NCBI RefSeq assembly: GCF_006345805.1
Contig: NW_021835393.1
Location: 1-47,279 of the forward strand
Direction of reading: 5' to 3'
DNA: 47,279 bases
Source: Octopus sinensis
Lineage: Eukaryota
Position numbers and translations under genes: made by a program. Each line of letters begins with the position of its first letter. The first letter of the stretch is position 1. This document shows, piece by piece, positions 37,538 to 47,279 of this stretch. The notes under the pieces were generated by a model. That model saw only the letters and a program-made list of their open reading frames with translations. It made no database searches and was not told where the DNA came from.

Positions 37538-38826
37538 GGAGGGGCGTTCAATAAGTAATGCCCCTGACCCACTTCCCATAGCAGTAGGCAACGAAACTTG
37601 GCACAGTTATTAGTCTTTTTCTACATAGGAACCACCCAGAGTTACGCATTTCTCCCATCGTTTCATGCGGCTCTGGAGACCGTTTTTGTAGAAGAACCCA
37701 GCTTGGTCCTCCAACCTCAACGTGACTTCCGAAATCAAGGCTGCATCATCTGGGAAACGCTTTCCTTTCAAAAACATCTTCATGATTGGGAAGAGGTGAA
37801 AATCAGAGGGTGCAAGGTCAGGAAAGTAGGGGGATGGGGATGAGTTCATAGCCATACGCCTGTGCTTCTGATCTGGCGACAAGCGAGTTGTGGACCGGAG
37901 CGTTGTCCTGCAGGAGGAGGATGCCTTTGCTGATCTTGCCCCGCCTCTTGATTTTGATAACTTCTCTTAATTTCCTCAAAAGTGAAGCATAATAGGCTCC
38001 TGCAATTGTGGTACCCTTTGCCAGGAAATCTGTCATCACTACTCCGTTCTGGTCCCAGAAGACTGTGAGCATGACCTTGCCAGCGGAGGGCTGCACCCTT
38101 GCCTTCTTTGGAGGGGGTGAGTCACGGTGCTTCCACTGCATTGACTGGGCTTTGGTCTCTGGATCAACGTGATGGACTCAGGTTTAATCCTGTGTAATCA
38201 GTCTTTTGAAAAATTTTGACTCATCTTCTTGGCACATCTCCAAATTCACCCTCGAGCACTCGACGCGTTCTTGCTTCTGGAAAGGCGTGAGCAACCTGGG
38301 AATCCATCTGGCAGACACCTTTTGCATATGCAAATGGTCATGAATGATAGTTTCCACAGACCCGGTACTAATCTTGACCTCATGGGCTATTTGGCGAATA
38401 ATTATGCGTCGATCTTCCAAAATGGCAGCCTCAACTTGACGAACAGATGCCTCATCAATGGCAGAAGGGGGCGACCAGATCTGGGAGCTGTTTCCACAGA
38501 GTTCCGACCATGTTTGAATTCACTATGCCAGCGTTTTACAAGGTCATATGATGGGGTATCATCACCATAAGTTACTTTCATTTCATCAAAAGTCTCCCGT
38601 GGTGTGCGTCCTTTCAAATACAAAAACCGGATCACTGCTCGACACTTAACAGGCTCCATTTCACACTTGACTCGGTTCAAACACCTGTAAATCAGAAACC
38701 ACAATTAGTTCAGAGCTGTAATTTGCCACTTACTCTATAGAGATGAAAATGATTGCACATGCAAAATTTCAGCTAGATCAAACAACTGCAAGTGGGTCAG
38801 AGGCATTACTTATTGAACGTCCCTCG
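37538..38826 (-). mobile_element. Full-length (1289 bp) mariner transposon, frameshifted transposase
   Basis: ~37-bp TIRs; TA TSD at 37536-37537 and 38827-38828; WIPRLL, ITQD, QDNA, YFPDLAPSDFHLF motifs; empty site at ~42350-42370. Confidence 0.97.
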
Positions 38827-39244
38827 TATTTTCTAATGAAACCGTACTATTATATTATATTATATTATATTGTATTATATTATAGGTTTGGGATTAGCAG
38901 AATTAGTTATTAGTGTAAAAGACCTAAGAAGTTTAACTAACTAATTTCCTAGAAGTAGGTTAAATTAAAATTAGTGTAAAAGACCTAAGAAGTTTAACTA
39001 ACTAATTTCCTATAAGTAGGTTTACTTAAAATAGACTAAGTATTAGAGAGAAATAATTTTATATTATCTACATAGTCTAATAGAATGAAGAATTAAATCA
39101 AATAACTTAAATCAATAAGTATCACCTAGTACAGTTAGAGAGAGAATATAATCATAGCTAATTAGATCGTAGCTGTCTAATTAAATATATAATAAAATAT
39201 GTAGGAGTAAAGTTTTATTCAAAGGGATTTTATATAAAGTGATT

Positions 39245-41335
39245 TTAATATATACTGTTATCAATTAAAACATCATTTAAAATATTTAAGAGTCTTAGTC
39301 CGAGCGTGGATACAAGATTTCCCAGTTCAATCCTGCTGTTCAATAAAATATCATTACTTTTTCTATACATTAGTATTTCAAATGTTTCCATAGAGCAAAG
39401 TTGACAACCTACTCTGTTATTTTTATAGGGTATCGCTCTTCTAACTAATTCCCAATTAAGGTTATATTTGATATTATTGTTTTTTAGTTCCCAAATTTTA
39501 CTAGAAAGAGTGGTGCCATCAGCTTTATGACGTAATCTGAAGGAGGATAGATGATTGCTAATTCTTTTTCTAAAATTTACGGTACATCCTAAATAAGTGA
39601 ATTTGTTATTATCTGTGGTTATGGAGCATTTGTAGATTATATTATTTAACCCGCATAAACCAGGCGCCGGGCATTTTGATTTAATCCTACAGTTACATCT
39701 AGGGGAATTATAATTTGATGTGGAATAATTCGAGGATAGAAGTCTCATATTACTGTTACTCGAGACAGTACGAGTATATTTTTCATAATTTTGGTTACTG
39801 CTGTTATCTAAAATAATGTTATCAGTATTGTAGTTAATGTTATTATCTAAAGTAGTATTATCATTTATCGGTATTCCTACACTATCATTTGGTTCTATAA
39901 CCCTACTTTCATTATTAATATTGTTGATGCTGTTAGTTTTGTTGTCGGTATTGGTTTCTAAATATGTAGTGTTATTGCAGATAACATTGTTGTCTTCATT
40001 TACTGTACTTACATTCTTGGTATTATTCGTATTATTAATATAATTATTCCTATTTGTGTTATTATTATTATTAGCAATTCTATAGCTATTGGTTATACTT
40101 ATTATATGACATTCATTATTACCATTGTTGCTATTATTACTTTCAGTAATGTTATTACAGTTTTCATTTGTATTTTTATTGCTATTGTTTAAATTTTTCC
40201 TGGCTAGTTTTATGTTATTATTATTGATCTTGGCTATTAAAGTGGACATATTTGGGAGGGTTGAATAAGAAATTCTGACTGTTTTTTTAGAAATAATTTT
40301 ATGATATCTATGAGAAGATGGGAAATTCTTTTCTATAATTGTTTTGAATTTACTCTGAATATCTGATAAAACCGCACAGTTAAAAGGGATGTTTAACCAT
40401 ATTATGTCTTTCTTATTAAATTTCTTAGAATTAGAGTTGGGGTTGTTTGAATTGTTCTTTCTATCATCAGATTCTTTGTATTTATTATTTGCATGTTTCT
40501 TAGTGTTATCAAAGTTTATTTTAACCGTATTACATGTGTTCAGTACTATGTTCTTATTGTTATTCTTAATTTCATTAGGATATTTTGCCGTTGTAAATCT
40601 ACTTCTACTATTATTTCTGGCTTGATCCTTATTGTTGTCTACGTTACTAATTGTATGCTTCTTAATTTTATCTAAAATTGTCTTATCAGGGCTATCCATG
40701 TTATGGTCTATGCAGTTATCCTTGTTCTTATTACCATTTCGATTAGATGTTGTATTAAATCTACCTCTACGTATCTTTTCGGCTTGATCGTTTTTGTTGT
40801 TTACGTGGTTATTGTTATTTAAATTATTTAACTTATTATGAGTTTGTAAGTTTTCTATATCAATAAATGTAATTTTTTGGTTATATCCTGCTCTAAATAA
40901 CGCCTCATTATAATGCTCTGAGTGTGAGTTAAATATGTCAAAATTAGACGATAATTTGGATATTCTTATGGAAATATTTCTAACTAAGGAATTAATTATA
41001 TTTGGGGGATGATTAGATAATTTACTTACGTAACTAGTGATTTCACCTTCTTTTCTAAATGGGTAATGTAGTTTAGAGTTAAGGTCTAATGTAATATCTA
41101 GAAAATTGGCTATTTTAATGCCTGGCTCATAGGTTATGCTAAGGTTGAAATCTTTAAAGAACCTATTAATTTTCTTTTTGATTCTTTCTATGTGTGATTT
41201 ATTATTACTATGGACAACAAACAAAGTATCATCTCTATATAAACCACCTTGCAATTCAGGGATCTCATTTCTTATGCATTTTAGTAGATATGCTCCGACT
41301 AAGTTGGTCACCTCAGCAGAAACACTTGAGCCCAT
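39245..41335 (-). CDS. PLE2 RT/GIY-YIG reading frame (N-truncated; broken upstream RT to ~41685)
   Basis: MGS..AE..LVG, YRDD, FLDITL, CNCR..CP..GLC, IIY..YLGCT; two long Asn-rich linkers. Confidence 0.85.
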   Translation of the reverse strand: MGSSVSAEVTNLVGAYLLKCIRNEIPELQGGLYRDDTLFVVHSNNKSHIERIKKKINRFFKDFNLSITYEPGIKIANFLDITLDLNSKLHYPFRKEGEITSYVSKLSNHPPNIINSLVRNISIRISKLSSNFDIFNSHSEHYNEALFRAGYNQKITFIDIENLQTHNKLNNLNNNNHVNNKNDQAEKIRRGRFNTTSNRNGNKNKDNCIDHNMDSPDKTILDKIKKHTISNVDNNKDQARNNSRSRFTTAKYPNEIKNNNKNIVLNTCNTVKINFDNTKKHANNKYKESDDRKNNSNNPNSNSKKFNKKDIIWLNIPFNCAVLSDIQSKFKTIIEKNFPSSHRYHKIISKKTVRISYSTLPNMSTLIAKINNNNIKLARKNLNNSNKNTNENCNNITESNNSNNGNNECHIISITNSYRIANNNNNTNRNNYINNTNNTKNVSTVNEDNNVICNNTTYLETNTDNKTNSINNINNESRVIEPNDSVGIPINDNTTLDNNINYNTDNIILDNSSNQNYEKYTRTVSSNSNMRLLSSNYSTSNYNSPRCNCRIKSKCPAPGLCGLNNIIYKCSITTDNNKFTYLGCTVNFRKRISNHLSSFRLRHKADGTTLSSKIWELKNNNIKYNLNWELVRRAIPYKNNRVGCQLCSMETFEILMYRKSNDILLNSRIELGNLVSTLGLRLLNILNDVLIDNSIY

Positions 41336-43045
41336 AGAATATCGAAATTATTAGGGGTATCCGCTCTGGTCCATAATTTTCCCTCAAACTCAATAAATGT
41401 TTTTCTAGCTAAAAGTACAATGTATATTTCCTCTCTAGATATGAGGGAGCGATTCATCGCGAATATAAGCGATTTATTTAATAGAATAGGGGAAATGCTA
41501 GAGCAGTAGTTGTTTATGTCAAATTGAATGAAGACTAGATTATTGGTATTAGTTAGGGAGTTAAACCATTAAGTACCTCATCGGTATTTATCCATAGGCT
41601 TAAGGGAAGAAGTGGGGTTATCTGGGGTAAAACATTATCGAGGATAAATTTACTAGATTTACTATATTTACCATAAATTTTCGGCAAAGAATTAGCAATC
41701 ATCTATCCTCCTTCAGATTACGTCATAAAGCTGATAGCATCACTCTTTCTAGTAAAATTTGGGAACTAAAAAACAATAATATCAAATATAACCTTAATTG
41801 GGAATTAGTTAGAAGAGCGATACCCTATAAAAATAACAGAGTAGGTTGTCAACTTTGCTCCATGGAAACATTTGAAATACTAATGTATAGAAAAAATAAT
41901 GATATTTTATTGAACAGCAGGATTGAACTGGGAAATCTTGTATCCACGCTCGGACTAAGACTCTTAAATATTTTAAATGATGTTTTAATTGATAACAGTA
42001 TATATTAAAATCACTTTATATAAAATCCCTTTGAATAAAACTTTACTCCTACATATTTTATTATATATTTAATTAGACAGCTACGATCTAATTAGCTATG
42101 ATTATATTCTCTCTCTAACTGTACTAGGTGATACTTATTGATTTAAGTTATTTGATTTAATTCTTCATTCTATTAGACTATGTAGATAATTTAAATTATT
42201 TCTCTCTAATTCTTAGTCTATTTTAATTTAACCTACTTATAGGAAATTAGTTAGTTAAACTTCTTAGGTCTTTTACACTAATAACTCATTCTGATAATCC
42301 CAAACCTATAATATAATATAATATAATATAATATAATAGTACGGTTTCATTAGAAAATAACTCCATTTTCTTTTCTTTTCTTCTGACCTCTTATTATATC
42401 CCCATAACCTGACAATCTATTAATAGTAACATTAATAAATATAGAAATAAATTAAATGACCTCCGTTTGAATTTTGCACCAAATACGCTAAGATGTTTTC
42501 TTATAGTAACAACTTTTGACCCTCCCTTTCATCTTCCCATTTCCTCTTTATATAGCAATTAATAGCAGTAGTTGGTTAAATTCAACTTTCTTCCTTTAGC
42601 TCTGTGATTCTTGTAGATTTTGATAGCAGCCTGTTCGTCTCCACTATAAGTCTGTCGCTACGCTTATCCCTCGGATTATAATGCAGCAGTTTTCAGAAAT
42701 TTCGCACGATTATATCCAAAATTTCTTCACATAGCTTGATTAACAATTACTATGAACTATATATGGACAACACATATTCTGTGAGTTCGATACCTCACAT
42801 CGGATCTCCAGGAATCAAACTTTTTTCAATACGGATAAACTCACACCTTCACTTTTATATTCACTTTCTGGAAAACTAAGATGTATTGAAAAAACTTTTT
42901 AATAACCTGATATATGACTGTGTAATACTAATTGAACTCTTAGAAACCAATATGTTATCTAAATTCTCATTTTTATAGAACTTTCCATGATGTTTCACGA
43001 GTGTAACATTACCCCCTTAGATGTTAGAGAATCTCGGATGTTTTT

Positions 43046-43130
43046 TCGGCTGATGAGTATGAGCCACCTATATTTACTGCAATTTTTGTAGCTTTATTAA
43101 AGATGTCCTCGTACGAAACAATTGTACCGA
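43046..43130 (+). ncRNA. Type I HHR of PLE2 right arm
   Basis: Helix I ucgg/ccga; CUGAUGA 43050-43056; helix II guaugag/cucguac closing a ~44-nt insert; palindromic ACAAUUGU; GUA cleavage after 43126. Confidence 0.85.
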
Positions 43131-43184
43131 TATATTGATACATTCATGTTGCTTTTTTCCTATGTATATATATATACACGCATA

Positions 43185-43915
43185 TATACACACACACGTG
43201 TACACGTCCACACACGCACATCCTCATTAAAATGACACATCTGCCACGTCATGATAAAATCACAAATGAAAAGCCTCATTAATTTAAGAAAAGTAACAAG
43301 TTCGAACTAGAAATATTTTCGTGAAGTCTTTATAACGCTGAGGCATAATCATTTTGAAAGAATAAATGGGAAATATTAATTAATAATATCCGGCTGCTGA
43401 TTGCGATAATCATCCTTGAGTCTATTCAATATGTAGTCAACCGTGATTTATTTGTTGAAAGTATATTTTCATTCTTTTTCCTCTTAAGTAGACATCTTTC
43501 CCGTTGATTATAATCTAGTTATGTTCTTAGTATCGATTAGTATCCAGAAGTGATAAGATACTCACAATCAGGGAAAATGATTATTGTTTTATTGAATTTT
43601 AAAATATAATCCCAACGTTTATAATTTTTTTCATCAGTGAATGTGAGTGGCTTAGGGGACAGGATTTGCACTCACGATTCGATGAACATGCGATCGATTC
43701 CTGGACGGGATGGCGTGTGTGATCCTTGAGCAAAGTTCCGCATTTCACGTTGCCCCAGGGCTGTGAGGGGACTGGCATATCAATGAATAGACCCAACGTT
43801 TCGTCTGCGTTTCGTAAAAACAACTAATTTAGGTTCTCGCCTAAATTGTACAAAGGGGTCGTCCGCCAAGGAATCCCTTAGAAATGGGAGATAAAGCGAC
43901 GCACTGTAACACAGC
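43185..43915. repeat. Old inverted duplication, arm 2
   Basis: See 29925-31215. Confidence 0.75.
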
Positions 43916-44046
43916 ATGCTTCCATGTATGTATGAATGTGTGTATGTATGTGTATGTATATATGTATGTATGTGTGTTTATATGTATGTGTGTGAATGTA
44001 TTCATGTATGTATGAATGTGTGTATATATTATATATATATACGTAA

Positions 44047-44129
<83 letters not shown>

Positions 44130-44401
44130 TATATTATATATATATATATATAAATATGAATTAGTTTAGGGTAGAAATTGATATTTATCAGTTAGAACCA
44201 GTGGTCTAGCATATTAAAAAAAGAATCCGAAGATTAAAATATTTATATATACCATTAAAGACTGAACACGAAAAGTGGACAGTCAACATGCTAGATATAG
44301 AGGTCAAATCGCCATTCTCCACAAAAGATTATGTTCTCAGATCAAACTCAACACAAAACCATAGCAATAAACAAGTGAAAATATACGAAATAAATATTTA
44401 C

Positions 44402-44465
44402 CCATGTACTAATTAGTTTCGGCTGTTATTTTCCGCAAGGAAAAGTGCAGCCATCATCAGCATGG
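44402..44465 (-). ncRNA. Type I HHR, array unit on minus arm
   Basis: ccaug-CUGAUGA-u-ggcug...cagcc-GAAACUAAUUAGUA|caugg. Confidence 0.88.
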
Positions 44466-44799
44466 TCCGATATAAAATGCAATTTGCTGGACTAGATGCA
44501 AACACGATACCGAAATATTGCGTGCATGGAGTACAGCCTATTACATTTGAATATATATTTCAAATGCCTTTACTTTTGGCGCGATGAGACCCGAGAAAAC
44601 TAGCCTGCAGCTAATAATTAACAGCAGTTAATTTATCGGTTAGAGAACATCTATTTATATAAAATTAATTTAGGGTAGAAATTGATATTTATCAATTAGA
44701 ACCAGTATATATATTCAAATGTAATAGGCTGTACTCCATGCACGCGATATTTCGGTATCGTGTTTGCATCTAGTCCAGCAAATTGCATTTTATATCGGA

Positions 44800-44863
44800 C
44801 CATGCTGATGATGGCTGCACTTTTCCTTGCGGAAAATAACAGCCGAAACTAATTAGTACATGG
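44800..44863 (+). ncRNA. Type I HHR, array unit 1
   Basis: As above; cleavage after 44858. Confidence 0.9.
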
Positions 44864-45303
44864 GTAAATATTTATTTCGTATATTTTCACTTGTTTATTG
44901 CTATGGTTTTGTGTTGAGTTTGATCTGAGAACATAATCTTTTGTGGAGAATGGCGATTTGACGTCTATATCTAGCATGTTGGCTGTCCACTTTTCGTGTT
45001 CAGTCCTTAATTGGTATATATAAATATTTTATCTTCGGATTCTTTTTTTAATATGCTAGACCACTGGTTCTAATTGATAAATATCAATTTCTACCCTAAA
45101 TTAATTTTATATAAATAGATGTTCTCTAACCGATAAATTAACTGCTGCTAATTATTAGCTGCAGGCTAGTTTTCTCGGGTCTCATCGCGCCAAAAGTAAA
45201 GGCATTTGAAATATATATTCAAATGTAATAGGCTGTACTCCATGCACGCGATATTTCGGTATCGTGTTTGCATCTAGTCCAGCAAGTTGCATTTTATATC
45301 GGA

Positions 45304-45367
45304 CCATGCTGATGATGGCTGCACTTTTCCTTGCGGAAAATAACAGCCGAAACTAATTAGTACATGG
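45304..45367 (+). ncRNA. Type I HHR, array unit 2
   Basis: As above; cleavage after 45362. Confidence 0.9.
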
Positions 45368-45807
45368 GTAAATATTTATTTCGTATATTTTCACTTGTTT
45401 ATTGCTATGGTTTTGTGTTGAGTTTGATCTGAGAACATAATCTTTTGTGGAGAATGGCGATTTGACGTCTATATCTAGCATGTTGGCTGTCCACTTTTCG
45501 TGTTCAGTCCTTAATTGGTATATATAAATATTTTAATCTTCGGATTCTTTTTTTAATATGCTAGACCACTGGTTCTAATTGATAAATATCAATTTCTACC
45601 CTAAATTAATTTTATATAAATAGATGTTCTCTAACCGATAAATTAACTGCTGCTAATTATTAGCTGCAGGCTAGTTTTCTCGGGTCTCATCGCGCCAAAA
45701 GTAAAGGCATTTGAAATATATATTCAAATGTAATAGGCTGTACTCCATGCACGCGATATTTCGGTATCGTGTTGCATCTAGTCCAGCAAGTTGCATTTAT
45801 AATCGGA

Positions 45808-45870
45808 CCATGCTGATGATGGCTCACTTTTCCTTGCGGAAAATAACAGCCGAAACTAATTAGTACATGG
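45808..45870 (+). ncRNA. Type I HHR, array unit 3 (one G missing in helix II)
   Basis: As above; cleavage after 45865. Confidence 0.85.
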
Positions 45871-46050
45871 GTAAATATTTATTTCGTATATTTTCACTTG
45901 TTTATTGCTATGGTTTTGTGTTGAGTTTGATCTGAGAACATAATCTTTTGTGGAGAATGGCGATTTGACCTCTATATCTAGCATGTTGACTGTCCACTTT
46001 TCGTGTTCAGTCCTTAATTGGTATATAGAAATATGTATATATATATACAT

Positions 46051-46119
<69 letters not shown>

Positions 46120-46120
46120 A

Positions 46121-46151
<31 letters not shown>

Positions 46152-46214
46152 AATATATATATATTTATATTATATATATATATATATATATATAAATATA
46201 TATATGTATATATA

Positions 46215-47279
46215 CTAGCATTAAACACCCGTCGTTGCCGGTCATAGTGCCAGTGCATATATATATCTGTGTATATATTTTGTGTATATATTACACGTAC
46301 ATCTATATATATATACATCTACACATAAAATACACAATACAAAGTTATATCTTGATATCGCTAGTGATAACAATACTCAAAATACATAACAGACTGGAAT
46401 TGTTAGCCCGTCTCTTGTAATTTCGATCTATTGTATCTTGTCCTCCCTGTTGTATTGAAGTGTGGCTACAATCCACATACTTCTACCTCTGGGGGGGGGA
46501 TATTTTAAATATTTTTCCGGGACGTCCTCCGTCCCAGATATAAAGGGAAAAGTAAAATATTTTCACTTTGCAAGTTCGAGTCGAGTACTCCCTTGCACGC
46601 TCCGTTGACTCGAACCTTCCTTCTAGTGTGGCTAATTTTCCGCCTCTTTTTAGATATCTTTCATAGTCGCAGCAAGACACTTTTCGAAGGTGCTTTCCTC
46701 CATGTGTTCAAACCTTCTTTTTTCTCTACATTGTATACTTTATAGAAAATAGTCTTTTATTTAATTTAATTGTTTATTATCCATCTGGACAATTCCATTT
46801 CTGCACGCTAATTTTATTTTTAATTTATTCCCATTCATGTGAAACCACTTATTGAAGTTCAAGTCATTGATGCAATTGCATGCCAATTGCTATATTTACT
46901 TTTGTTATGTTACGATTATATTATACTTTAGTTTGATTTTAATTATTACTTACTACATATAATTCAATTGTTATTAATATTTTTATTGTTAAAGTGAAAG
47001 TATCTGACATAAAATAGAGAAACGTTTTTGTTTCACTTTTAACACGTAATACTGAAATAGTGGAGGAAATATGATATTGCAATGGGCTCACTCTAGGCAA
47101 GAAGTTGAACATTTCTTTTGCCCATGAAACTACATGGACCCTAAGTAAGGCATGTGTAAAATTTGAATGAAATTGGTTGTGTAGTTCTCAAGTTTTAGGG
47201 AATCGTAGTGAAGAAGATATGATATTGCTGTGAGCTCGCACTAGGAAAAAAGTTAAAAAATGTTTTTGCCGATGACACT
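46215..47279 (-). mobile_element. Helitron 3' portion (continues beyond window)
   Basis: Minus strand ends accggcaacgacgggt hairpin...CTAG|t; aligns with 8960-9567 plus ~310 bp extra. Confidence 0.75.

Larger units (their letters stand above)
36731..43162 (-). mobile_element. Penelope-like retroelement 2: 5'-truncated copy (to ~41685) joined head-to-head to an inverted copy of its 3' end (41686-43162)
   Basis: RT + GIY-YIG ORF; right arm is the reverse complement of 36731-39567 minus the mariner. Confidence 0.93.
44165..46027. repeat. 504-bp HHR-containing tandem array (retrozyme-like): ~1.1 units on minus (44165-44706), ~2.6 units on plus (44707-46027)
   Basis: CUGAUGA at 44805, 45309 and 45813; flanked on both sides by (AT)n; no long ORF. 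Confidence 0.92.

Noticed and set aside
44165-46027. Tandem arrays (504, 138 and 103 bp) as CRISPR
   Set aside because: No unique spacers, no cas genes, eukaryotic context

Overview
Repeat-saturated animal DNA, very likely an octopod cephalopod (inferred from the tRNA-derived SINE families and extreme microsatellite load). One host gene can be fully reconstructed on the minus strand: five coding exons (24257-24581, 18896-18987, 16548-16693, 15721-15827, 10424-10473) splice in phase to 720 nt, a 239-aa secreted protein with signal peptide, PAN/apple domain and an uncharacterised C-terminal domain. A paralogous last exon faces it on the plus strand (3748-3797). The rest is mobile DNA: two Penelope-like elements, CR1, RTE, Tx1/L1-like and R4/Dong-like LINE pieces, a full-length mariner, Merlin-like MITEs, Helitrons and many SINEs. 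The most striking signal is a set of nine well-formed type I hammerhead ribozyme (HHR) motifs in four sequence contexts, all cleaving at GUA with a palindrome in helix III or its loop. Four of them sit in a 504-bp tandem/inverted array (44165-46027) that looks like a non-coding retrozyme-like element able to produce ~504-nt monomeric or circular RNA. All folds and alignments were done by eye; no searches were run.
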